From positions 1 through 24,116 of IMG/VR virus record IMGVR_UViG_3300014208_000126: a stretch of 24,116 nucleotides of DNA. One strand, written 5' to 3'. The translations under genes were made by a program, and so were the position numbers. Position 1 is the stretch's first letter. Each line of letters begins with the position of its first letter. The DNA comes from a virus. Taxonomy: Duplodnaviria > Caudoviricetes. Below are positions 9,066 through 17,149 of this stretch, piece after piece. Below the pieces are notes generated by a model. It saw only the letters and a program-made list of their open reading frames with translations. It was not told where the DNA came from and did not search any database.

Positions 9066-9068
9066 AAA

Positions 9069-9656
9069 TTAGAGAATGGCGCGACCGTAGCTCTTGGAAG
9101 TGGCTGTCCCGGTAGTCTCCAATTTGTTTATTTCGTCGGTCAGGAACATGTTGAATACAAGTTCCAGCTGGGATTTTTCGGAATCGTTCCAGTCTACAAT
9201 GGCCAGCTGCTTATTAAACTTACCGGGATAGTACATATAGGCGTATTTCGGCAGGCCTTTCCAGTTGATTTTAAGATTCTCGTTGGATCCTGTGAAGTTA
9301 TACGAACCGTAAAGGAACGCATCCTTCATGTCCCCAGTTTTTACAAAGGGCTTATCGGTGTTTTTACCTTTTCTTATCTGCCAGAATAAAGTACGCCAAG
9401 ATTTTCTCTCGCTGGTCTTATTGCGCTGAAAATCCTTCTTGTAGTTTTTCTCGTAGGTGTTCGGATAATCCTGGAATGCCGACCGTTTGAAATGTTTCGG
9501 TCCGAAGTTTTCGTGCCAGTAGGTAAAAGTCTTTTCCAGGGCGGCGCGGATGACTGTTGGGATCTGCGCCCTATATGCGGCAATTGCGGCGGCTGGTCGA
9601 TCAGATGCACTGGCAACCATGCGTACAGCCTGTGTCATGTCTCCATACGATGCCAT
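9069..9656 (-). CDS. Neck / tail-completion (virion morphogenesis-like) protein (195 aa)
   Basis: Basic protein with KPFVKTGDMK, resembling the PLxxTGxL motif of virion morphogenesis proteins; AGGTG RBS. Confidence 0.55.
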   Translation of the reverse strand: MASYGDMTQAVRMVASASDRPAAAIAAYRAQIPTVIRAALEKTFTYWHENFGPKHFKRSAFQDYPNTYEKNYKKDFQRNKTSERKSWRTLFWQIRKGKNTDKPFVKTGDMKDAFLYGSYNFTGSNENLKINWKGLPKYAYMYYPGKFNKQLAIVDWNDSEKSQLELVFNMFLTDEINKLETTGTATSKSYGRAIL

Positions 9657-9667
9657 AATTCACCTAT

Positions 9668-9706
9668 AAAAAAAACGGCGCGGTCAAGGGGATAACCGCG
9701 CCGTTT
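9668..9706 (-). terminator. Rho-independent terminator after the major capsid gene
   Basis: AAACGGCGCGGT-loop-ACCGCGCCGTTT, continuing into a T8 tract on the minus strand. Confidence 0.9.
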
Positions 9707-9721
9707 GTGGCATGGGACTAT

Positions 9722-10666
9722 CTACTCAGTGATGTTGCTCAGCAGGTATCCCGCCTGTACGTTGAAAAGTTTTTCAACTACCTGATGGCGAACGCGGACA
9801 TAAACAGATCTATTCTTTTTCCACTCGTAGGATTCCACGGTTGAATTGTCCGGAGAATCCGCAACCCATAGAATCGTTCGGCCAAGCTGTGGGCCGGCCT
9901 TCAGATTCTTGTCTTTGCTGCGGATGAACAGTATCGCATATTCATCATCCCAGATGTCCGCCGCATTGTCCTGGGCGGCGGAGAAACATATCTGGTTGAT
10001 CGCGAGAATGCTGGCAATCTCGGCGGCGGTAGGAGGAAGAACCGACATTACAGAGCCAGGTCCTCCCTTGCGCATATTCTTCATTTCAGTAGTTTTGCAG
10101 AGGTTCCTGAAAACCTTCTCAGAACATCCGAGACAGATCTCGCCGGAGATGACTCCGCCGACCTGCTGTTTGAGTTTTGGGATCAAGTCCTGAATATCTG
10201 AATACGGGGTTCCAGTGGGTTTGTTCCATTCAGTCCCAACTGCCCCGGTGAATCCGGCGAAAGCGGTAGGATTGAAGACAACTGCGGCGGCGCGTTTCTC
10301 CTGATTTCTCAGGTTGTGGAGTTCCACGTTTCTCGCGGCTGCGGCTTCGGCGTCGAACCATGAACCGAGCTGTTTGGATTGGCCGTCATCAACCGGCTCC
10401 TCGAGACCGTATTCCTCGCAGTTGTAATCGATCATCTTGTATTCGCTCTGCACTTCATCGTAGTTGCCGCCTGGTGCGCGTTTCCCGTTTGACACGGGTT
10501 TAGCAACGTTATCAAGTACAAGTCTGGGGAACTGTGCGGATTTAACCTGCGATTCAAAAATCGGCAGGATTTCCGTAGCCATAAACTGGCTTTTCAGTTC
10601 ATCACTGTATTCCATCAGGACATCGGCAAGATCCTGTCTGATTGTCGCGTCTACTCCTGGTCTCAT
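9722..10666 (-). CDS. Major capsid protein (lambda gpE-like family)
   Basis: 314 aa with an AAGGAG RBS. The A.EILP, RAPG, Y.CEEYGLEEPVDD and C-terminal AGYLLSN motifs are typical; follows the cement gene and precedes a terminator. Confidence 0.85.
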   Translation of the reverse strand: MRPGVDATIRQDLADVLMEYSDELKSQFMATEILPIFESQVKSAQFPRLVLDNVAKPVSNGKRAPGGNYDEVQSEYKMIDYNCEEYGLEEPVDDGQSKQLGSWFDAEAAAARNVELHNLRNQEKRAAAVVFNPTAFAGFTGAVGTEWNKPTGTPYSDIQDLIPKLKQQVGGVISGEICLGCSEKVFRNLCKTTEMKNMRKGGPGSVMSVLPPTAAEIASILAINQICFSAAQDNAADIWDDEYAILFIRSKDKNLKAGPQLGRTILWVADSPDNSTVESYEWKKNRSVYVRVRHQVVEKLFNVQAGYLLSNITE

Positions 10667-10696
10667 TGTATGATTCTCCTTATATTAATTTTTGGG

Positions 10697-11623
10697 TTAC
10701 GAGGCCTTCATGATTCCGGCGGCTTCAAGGGCTGCGAGAATCTCGTTGATTTTAGTTGCCTGGGCGGCGTTGTCGGCCTTTGCGGCGTTCAACTGTGTTG
10801 CAAACGACTTGCAATTGTTGGCCAGGACGATATTGAGATCCCTTTGTTTCGCCAGCTCTGTCGTCACTTCCTTCAGATTGTTCTGAGCGGTTACGGCAAG
10901 CGTCACCAGCTCAATAATCTTTTGCCCGAGCGAGGATTCGTTCTGGAGCAGCGGAGTGATCGCCGTCACAATTGCGGTGTCCACCTGAGTAGCGGAAGGC
11001 GTTGCCTCTCCGGCGCAGGCGGGAGCGGCATTTGGATTAATCGTGTCGCTATGTGTCGCGTCCTTGCCGGTGCTATCAGTGACAGTAACGGGAGCGGCTT
11101 GGGCGGCTACCGTTCCATCAGCAGTTCCACCGCCGTTGTCGGTCAGACTGTCCGTGTTGATTTCTGCCGCCGGAGCGGTGTTTGCCGTACCGGTCATATT
11201 GGTTAGCGTCAGATCGGCCTGTGTAACAGCCGCCACATCCGCAATGTGATTCTGGATTGCGAGGAGATCGGCGGGAGTCGCCTTGATAATCTCAATTTCA
11301 TCACCGTCCGCAGAGGAAACTTCCTCGTTGGAGGTTCCGACGGGTTCCCCGGAAACGGTTGCGGAAACTTTTCCGTCGTTTGCACCATAACATTTGCCAT
11401 TGGAGGCAATTACCCCGGATGCAGTTATCAGGAATGTTCCAGGATCGTTCCAGAGTTTTACAACTACGGAGGTGTTAATCGCAGCATTCTGCGTTGTCAC
11501 GCCGATTGAATCCTCCCCGGCATCGGCATATACGATGGTATTGCCGGATTTCTTTACCCTGCGGTTGGCTTCAAGAGCCTCTCCGGCGGTTAAAGTCTTC
11601 ATCAGATTTGAAACTGTGTTCAT
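10697..11623 (-). CDS. Capsid cement (DUF2190-like) protein fused to a head-fibre-like extension
   Basis: The N-terminal ~115 aa (AGEALEANRRVK...IGVT...A.DGDEIEI) resemble DUF2190. A Thr/Ala-rich segment and coiled coil follow, ending KINEILAALEAAGIM. Confidence 0.7.
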   Translation of the reverse strand: MNTVSNLMKTLTAGEALEANRRVKKSGNTIVYADAGEDSIGVTTQNAAINTSVVVKLWNDPGTFLITASGVIASNGKCYGANDGKVSATVSGEPVGTSNEEVSSADGDEIEIIKATPADLLAIQNHIADVAAVTQADLTLTNMTGTANTAPAAEINTDSLTDNGGGTADGTVAAQAAPVTVTDSTGKDATHSDTINPNAAPACAGEATPSATQVDTAIVTAITPLLQNESSLGQKIIELVTLAVTAQNNLKEVTTELAKQRDLNIVLANNCKSFATQLNAAKADNAAQATKINEILAALEAAGIMKAS

Positions 11624-11656
11624 TTTTCCCTTATCCTTTCAGTCTCCAGGAGACTT

Positions 11657-12088
11657 TTATTTTTTGTTGGTTCTCTCGATGTATGCCGCGTGAAGCTTAG
11701 GGAACTGCTTCACGACCATCGGTATGGCTTTGGCTTTCGTGATCTTCATTGAGGCCATGATTTCCTTAACCTTGCCCTCGAAGGTTTCCTTGCCTTCGTC
11801 TCCGCCACCTTCACCGTTCGCACCAAGGGGGATTGTGCCCTCTTTAAGGCCTTTGATTTGTGCATCCTTGGCCAGGACGTCGGTTTCCAGGGTTTTGATC
11901 TTGCCGTTTGCCGTTTCGAGAGCCGCTTTTGCATTGGCTTCAGACTGCTTCAACCCGACAATTTCCGTTTTCAAGTTCCCGACAAATTTAATTGCCGCAT
12001 CTTCGAGCTTCATGTCTGCGGCGTAAGCTTCTGTCGCGAACTCCGCACCGAAAAGCTCTTTCATTCTTGAGAGGAGTTCTTTGCTCAT
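11657..12088 (-). CDS. Nested in-frame scaffolding protein (143 aa, MSKELLSRMKELF...)
   Basis: Internal ATG with an AAAGGA RBS 9 nt upstream, after a polar linker; coiled-coil product. Analogous to lambda Nu3 inside gene C. Confidence 0.65.
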   Translation of the reverse strand: MSKELLSRMKELFGAEFATEAYAADMKLEDAAIKFVGNLKTEIVGLKQSEANAKAALETANGKIKTLETDVLAKDAQIKGLKEGTIPLGANGEGGGDEGKETFEGKVKEIMASMKITKAKAIPMVVKQFPKLHAAYIERTNKK

Positions 12089-12760
12089 CGTCTCTTTTCC
12101 TTTCGGTTTGTTTTTATCGTCGTCAACATTGTTCTGTGTACTTAAGCCAAATTGTTCGGGAAAGAACTTCTTTGCACCTTCCGGGATATCTTTAAATTCA
12201 CAGTGTCCGGCGAAAGCGGCCACTTTCATTTCAGGAAGCAATTCATCAATAAAACCATTGGCAAGGGCCTCTTCGGCAGTCATCCATGTAGTTTTATTCA
12301 GGAGCGCGTTTACATCGGCTTCAGGAAGCTTTCCCCTGGAGACAAGTTTATTTACAAAATTCTTCTGGATCTTATCAAGGAATTCGGCATGATTGCGAAA
12401 CTCATCGGCGTTACCGTCAATACTGGCCCATGGCTTATGAATCATCATGTAGCCGTCTTTCGCCATCTTGCGCTTTTTAACCGACTGGACAAGCTGGGCG
12501 GCACAACTGGCGGCGAGACCCTCAACAATTCCGGTTATTTCACCGGTATGCTGTTCAATCATAGTCGCAATGGCGGCGGCATCCATAACGGATCCTCCAC
12601 GGGAATGAATCCGGATGTTTATTTTTTTATGATTTTTCAATTTGTCGAATTCATTTTTGAAATCCTGCGCCCTGATTCCCCACCCGCCAATAGCGTCATA
12701 GATGGATATTTCAGCTTCATCGGCGGAAAGAGCTTTGAATTCAAACCATTTCTTACTCAT
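11657..12760 (-). CDS. Prohead maturation protease, ClpP/S14 family, with a C-terminal scaffold domain
   Basis: HSRGGSV, GLAAS (catalytic Ser), MIHKPW (His), TWMTAEEALANGFID; follows the portal. Confidence 0.92.
   Translation of the reverse strand: MSKKWFEFKALSADEAEISIYDAIGGWGIRAQDFKNEFDKLKNHKKINIRIHSRGGSVMDAAAIATMIEQHTGEITGIVEGLAASCAAQLVQSVKKRKMAKDGYMMIHKPWASIDGNADEFRNHAEFLDKIQKNFVNKLVSRGKLPEADVNALLNKTTWMTAEEALANGFIDELLPEMKVAAFAGHCEFKDIPEGAKKFFPEQFGLSTQNNVDDDKNKPKGKETMSKELLSRMKELFGAEFATEAYAADMKLEDAAIKFVGNLKTEIVGLKQSEANAKAALETANGKIKTLETDVLAKDAQIKGLKEGTIPLGANGEGGGDEGKETFEGKVKEIMASMKITKAKAIPMVVKQFPKLHAAYIERTNKK
12145..12161 (-). promoter_or_regulatory. Conserved motif copy 3 (TCCCGAACAA-TTTG-GCT), inside clpP and upstream of the scaffold start
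   Basis: Consensus match 56 nt upstream of internal ATG 12088. Confidence 0.6.
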
Positions 12761-14306
12761 TTTCCTGATCTCCTGTGGTTTTCGTCTTTTTGATTTGCTT
12801 TTTATTCGTAGTCAATCCGGTTTCGCTGTCGATTGTCTGGATAGTTTTATCTCCAGGTTGACCGAGGATTACGGGACAATTTGCCTTGCGACGATCATCC
12901 CACTGTTTTGCCAGCCTCTTGACAATCTGCTGATCGTCTTTACCGGTTCTCTTTGCCACATCGTCAAACGTCTGGAATGTGTACCCGATAGCCTTTGCAT
13001 CCGCTTCAAGTTCATTGAGAGGATCGAGATAGTTCCAAACCGGCTGTGTCCATTCATGTTTCAGATATCTGAAAGGCTCCTTAATGCTGGCAGGAGGAAC
13101 TAGGACGCCATCCGAAACACCCTGCTCGATAATCCACTTGTAATGGCGTTTTGAAAACCTCTTTACAACTGAATAATGTTCAAAAAAGGCTTTCCGGGCT
13201 TCCATAAGCGCCGCCCTCGCGGATGCCATGTTGCCTTTTGTGAAGTCAAGTAATACAAGTTCAATCGGAAGGGAAACGCCCAGGCCGGCAAGCCGTGCAA
13301 GCATTTCAACAATAACCTGAAAATTTATCGAATCCCTTTTGGGCTCTATCATTTCCAAATCTTTAAGGCCCATATCCCCGAGATTATACAAAGCCCCGGG
13401 AAACATTTCGGTTACAGTCTGTTTTTTCCCAGTGCCTGTATCTGTTTTCGTTTCCCCCGGGAAAGGAAGTGAACCAACCGATCCACCGCTATCCGCCGGA
13501 GTAAGTTTCATGCCAAGTGCAGAACCAAGTTTTATGCGAAACTTCTCGTATGTGAGTATCTGCATCATGTCCCGGAGATTATCGATAGATGAAAGCAGGC
13601 AGGTGATCCCGCGCCACTGGTCAAAACGGTCAAACGTAAATGAATGCTCGATATCACGGCTAAACACCTGGCGAAAATCAGATTGCACCAGATTGCCGTA
13701 TTTATCTGTCCGAGTCAAGAAATAACTGATCGGAACTCCATTGTCCGTTACTTTTACGCCTTGGCGAAATGAAACATCTTCGGCGGATGAATAAATACGG
13801 GGAGTTGCGCACCTATGGGCTTCAATGCCCTGAATTTTGCGTACATTTGTGAAAACCGTGAAGAAATCCCCGTCTTTAAGAAAGCAGCGCAAAAGCGTTT
13901 TCTGATAAACATTGAGCGGCATTCTTTCGGTGATATCAACCACTTCACAGCGTTCGGCATAGTAATCTTCACAGTCCTGATTCCATTGTGCGTCGTCAGT
14001 AGTTGCATTCGGCAAAATACCATCAGCAGGAATTACATTATTGACCATTCGGTCGACAATACCGTCAAGAACGGGATTCTCTTTGCACATGATGCGGATC
14101 AACTTGTGCATATTCTGGCGGTCCGTGGAATTTACAAGCCGCTCATCAGTATCCGTAAATCCGCGCATTGGAGATTGTCCGCGCTTGTCAATCCTAAGCG
14201 GTTCAAGGGAGCCCAGTACTTCAAACTGAGCGCGTGAAAGAGTGCGTTTTACAGCCATTCCAGGCGCGATATAGGAAAGTGCCCTGTCAATAAGATTCTG
14301 GTTCAT
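12753..14306 (-). CDS. Portal protein, lambda family
   Basis: 517 aa; Q.RGI..L, D.T..N..SARAAL.E and W..P.W...DP..E..A motifs; follows the gpW-like gene. Confidence 0.92.
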   Translation of the reverse strand: MNQNLIDRALSYIAPGMAVKRTLSRAQFEVLGSLEPLRIDKRGQSPMRGFTDTDERLVNSTDRQNMHKLIRIMCKENPVLDGIVDRMVNNVIPADGILPNATTDDAQWNQDCEDYYAERCEVVDITERMPLNVYQKTLLRCFLKDGDFFTVFTNVRKIQGIEAHRCATPRIYSSAEDVSFRQGVKVTDNGVPISYFLTRTDKYGNLVQSDFRQVFSRDIEHSFTFDRFDQWRGITCLLSSIDNLRDMMQILTYEKFRIKLGSALGMKLTPADSGGSVGSLPFPGETKTDTGTGKKQTVTEMFPGALYNLGDMGLKDLEMIEPKRDSINFQVIVEMLARLAGLGVSLPIELVLLDFTKGNMASARAALMEARKAFFEHYSVVKRFSKRHYKWIIEQGVSDGVLVPPASIKEPFRYLKHEWTQPVWNYLDPLNELEADAKAIGYTFQTFDDVAKRTGKDDQQIVKRLAKQWDDRRKANCPVILGQPGDKTIQTIDSETGLTTNKKQIKKTKTTGDQENE

Positions 14307-14524
14307 TGTCCGCCCTCATGATTAAACGTTGGGAGGATGACCGGGGCGGAACCGCGCTGCTCTTTTTTAACCTCGTTTTGGTAGTATTCCTGTAGTCTTT
14401 GGAGTTCACCAAGGTTTGCCCGAGTGACGGACTGACCCTTGACGGAATAAGACTGCCCGAGCGTGACTGCAACGATAGCATTCTGTATTATCTCAAGCAT
14501 TTCGGAGTTTGTTTTGAGCGCCAT
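14303..14524 (-). CDS. Head completion / adaptor protein (gpW-like)
   Basis: 73 aa with the GQSYSVKGQSVTRANLGEL motif; lies between TerL and the portal. Confidence 0.85.
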   Translation of the reverse strand: MALKTNSEMLEIIQNAIVAVTLGQSYSVKGQSVTRANLGELQRLQEYYQNEVKKEQRGSAPVILPTFNHEGGQ

Positions 14525-14547
14525 TCCCGATAATCCTCTTTTTATAA

Positions 14548-14564
14548 AGCAGGATTGTTCGGGA
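14548..14564 (-). promoter_or_regulatory. Conserved motif copy 4 (TCCCGAACAA-TCCT-GCT) at the start of the head operon; 5' arm of an RBS-occluding hairpin (14525-14564)
   Basis: Consensus match 23 nt upstream of ATG 14524; TCCCGA/TCGGGA and AATCCT/AGGATT can pair. Confidence 0.65.
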
Positions 14565-14576
14565 GTCGAGAGATAA

Positions 14577-16400
14577 TCAGTTAGCCCAGTCCTCGGGGGG
14601 TTTTTGCTCGTAGACCGTTTGTTTCTGCTTATTCAGCCCGGCAAGTTCCTTGAGTTTTTCCCTGTAAAGGTAACGTGCGGCCAGCTGCATCACTTCAAGA
14701 TCCAAAAGATGATTAGCCTTATGAAACTTGTGCCATTCCCGCTTTGTATTGCCTTTTTTGTCTTTAAGCTCCACCGGCCCCTCAGCCATAATCTGATGGG
14801 CATAGCCGTCACTTGTCTTATTGTGCAAAAACCAATCAGAAAGCGTTGCATCAAACTGGCCTTCGGGTGTTATTCCGCGCTGGATGTGCAAAAGCAACTC
14901 TTCTTTGAAAAATATCGTGTCGATATGCATCAGGTTAACAATTCCGGGCAGATCCTTTTCACTTCCCGGATATTTATTTATTTTCTGCCAGCGGATGGGG
15001 ACTGTCTGTAGACCGTCTTGTCCTTTCGTTGCGATCAGGTACGGTTCAGTTAAGACATATTTGTATACTTCCAACGTCCTATAACCGGAATCTAAAAAGG
15101 AAAGTATGGGGGAATAAGGCTGTTTATTCAAATCCGGATAAACTTTTCTGCGAATGTCGCCAATATCCTCCAGAACTGCGGCGGTACCGTATTCAACCAG
15201 CCAGCTTTTTGAAAGTGAATGGGCCCGGATAAGATACCAGATGTAAGCGGCCTGAACGTCCACTGTGGTTATTAGCATGACTGGCTCAGTGGTTGGAACC
15301 GTACCCGGCTCGTATCCCAGCCGGTGCGCAATTATCTTATTCTTGTCGGCCTGTTCGCCTTTTTCCTCCCAGAATTCAGCCGCGAAGTTATTCACCCAGT
15401 TCATCAACTCTACGGGATCGTCTTTCGCCTTGATGAATGCAACGGCAGCTTTACCGAAGCTTACCCATGGGGCATACCATGACGCAAGCGTAAATGACCT
15501 GTATTTCGCCTTTGGATTCTCAGCCTTCCATTTGCCGGCTATAAGCATCAAGGGCTTATGGATATCCTTGATTTCCTTGCCGCATTCAACGCATTTCACA
15601 TAAGTTTCATCATGGACACGGTTCAAATACTCTGCAAACTTTTCATCTTCCTTACGTGACGGGTAAATAAAATTCTTGAAAACAAGTTTCTGCATGGTCA
15701 TGCAATGCGGACACGGAATCTCATAGCTCTCACGGGTTCCATTATCATATTCGTTATAGCCTGGATCTGTCTTTTTTTTAGGCGTGCTTGTGTCAAATAT
15801 GCGAGCCATCCAGTCATAAGAGGTTGTCCGGGCTTCGGAGTTGCTCAAGGCTCCCTGATCGAATTTTGCAATTTCATCCCTGGAAAGAAAACAAACCGGT
15901 TCCGAGGAAATCATCGTCTCCGAGCCTGCCCAGGCTAAAGAAATATCCATTCGGTCAAGGGCGTATTCGAATAAATTCAATTCGGTTCCCTCGGGAATAT
16001 GTCTGCTGAGGACGGCACTGTCATTGATAAGGGGCTGCAAATGTTTTGTGGAACGTCTACGGCAAAACGACTGTGAAGGAAAAACAACCATAGTTGCCTT
16101 AGGATCCTGATCAATAGTGTAACCGATGGCGCATTGCTGCATCAACGTCTTGCCTACCTGTGCACCAAATATGCAGACAACACGCGACACATGCTTTATC
16201 GCCCGGAGGGGTTCGCGCAGATATGGAGTAATCTCGAAACGAACAAAGCCAGGATGTCGGGAAACACGTGAAGATAATTCCAACTTGCCTTCCGCCCATT
16301 CGTCAATTTCAATATTATCCGGGGGAATAAGACCATCGGAAGCGTTGCCAAATATCTTTATTTTGATATCGTCAATGTGTTTTTGATATAGGGATTCCAT
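14577..16400 (-). CDS. terL: Terminase large subunit, GpA (lambda) family
   Basis: TPYLREPL, Walker A GAQVGKT, Walker B LSRDE, CPHC...CVEC zinc motif, and nuclease motifs TVDVQ, FLDSG and NHLLD. Confidence 0.95.
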   Translation of the reverse strand: MESLYQKHIDDIKIKIFGNASDGLIPPDNIEIDEWAEGKLELSSRVSRHPGFVRFEITPYLREPLRAIKHVSRVVCIFGAQVGKTLMQQCAIGYTIDQDPKATMVVFPSQSFCRRRSTKHLQPLINDSAVLSRHIPEGTELNLFEYALDRMDISLAWAGSETMISSEPVCFLSRDEIAKFDQGALSNSEARTTSYDWMARIFDTSTPKKKTDPGYNEYDNGTRESYEIPCPHCMTMQKLVFKNFIYPSRKEDEKFAEYLNRVHDETYVKCVECGKEIKDIHKPLMLIAGKWKAENPKAKYRSFTLASWYAPWVSFGKAAVAFIKAKDDPVELMNWVNNFAAEFWEEKGEQADKNKIIAHRLGYEPGTVPTTEPVMLITTVDVQAAYIWYLIRAHSLSKSWLVEYGTAAVLEDIGDIRRKVYPDLNKQPYSPILSFLDSGYRTLEVYKYVLTEPYLIATKGQDGLQTVPIRWQKINKYPGSEKDLPGIVNLMHIDTIFFKEELLLHIQRGITPEGQFDATLSDWFLHNKTSDGYAHQIMAEGPVELKDKKGNTKREWHKFHKANHLLDLEVMQLAARYLYREKLKELAGLNKQKQTVYEQKPPEDWAN

Positions 16401-17096
16401 TTAAGTCTTCATATCTTTTATATCACTGGCCAAATGCCGCAGCGCGTCCTCAATCTTTAAGCGCAAAAACTTCGCGATAGCGTCCGGTTCAGTCATTCCC
16501 GCCAGTTGGTCGGCGGCGGCATATGGCAAAGAAAGCATATCGGTCTTAACCTTTGAGAATATCCGCCCCATCCATTTTTCAACGTCACTGACTAGGACAA
16601 TCTTCTTTAGATCCTTGTCTATTTCGATGCAGGCTTGCGTCATATTCCTGTATTCCGCCGCGAATTTTGAGAGGCTTGTAGTCTCGGATGTGATCTGCGT
16701 ATCGCCTTTTATAACCTTTTTCGCAAGCCGTTGCCTGGTAATTTGGAAAAGCTGTCCGACTTGTTCAGTCGCCTGGAAGATGTCAAAAGCTTTTTTTTCT
16801 TTCTGCTCTTCAGGCTTTTTCTGCTCTTCTGGTTTTTCCTTGATCTCCTGGATTATGACCGGCTTTACTTTTTTCTTGCTAAAATTTCCGCCAATATGCG
16901 CTTCCAGGCGTTCAGCATATTCATGCCGACCGGTTTGGTATAACCATCTCTGCATCTTCACAAGATCATATACTACTGGCACACCTCTGGCGGCTTCAGG
17001 GGATATTTTAGCGGCCCGGTAGGATGGTTCCCCGCGCCATTTCTTCAAGGTTATGTCCTTGACTGCCAATATCTTAATTAATTCTTTGCTTGTCAT
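16401..17096 (-). CDS. terS: Terminase small subunit (Nu1-like)
   Basis: Abuts terL; N-terminal winged-HTH-like segment and a helical C-terminus with the L.LP...A..LA...I...L..L pattern. Confidence 0.75.
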   Translation of the reverse strand: MTSKELIKILAVKDITLKKWRGEPSYRAAKISPEAARGVPVVYDLVKMQRWLYQTGRHEYAERLEAHIGGNFSKKKVKPVIIQEIKEKPEEQKKPEEQKEKKAFDIFQATEQVGQLFQITRQRLAKKVIKGDTQITSETTSLSKFAAEYRNMTQACIEIDKDLKKIVLVSDVEKWMGRIFSKVKTDMLSLPYAAADQLAGMTEPDAIAKFLRLKIEDALRHLASDIKDMKT

Positions 17097-17109
17097 ATAT
17101 TGCGCTTCC

Positions 17110-17132
17110 AGTAGTATATATAAGTAGTATAT
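17110..17132. repeat. 10-bp direct repeat AGTAGTATAT x2, cosB-like candidate
   Basis: Copies at 17110-17119 and 17123-17132 in an AT-rich tract between the predicted cosN and terS. Confidence 0.5.
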
Positions 17133-17149
17133 TTAACTTTTGAAACCTT

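Noticed and set aside
1085-9066. 21-bp perfect direct repeat (1085-1105 and 9046-9066) as att sites of an inserted element
   Set aside because: It brackets essential tail genes, no integrase is present, and two further degenerate copies fit a regulatory motif better.
11641-11655. Palindrome AGTCTCC-A-GGAGACT between clpP and the cement gene as a terminator
   Set aside because: Short stem with no U-tract on the coding strand; at most a minor mRNA structure.
1088-14564. The late motif as a sigma54 (-24/-12) promoter
   Set aside because: The spacing CC-N10-GC mimics GG-N10-GC, but the invariant GG is absent. A start 12 nt after GC would also cut through the RBS of the fibre gene.
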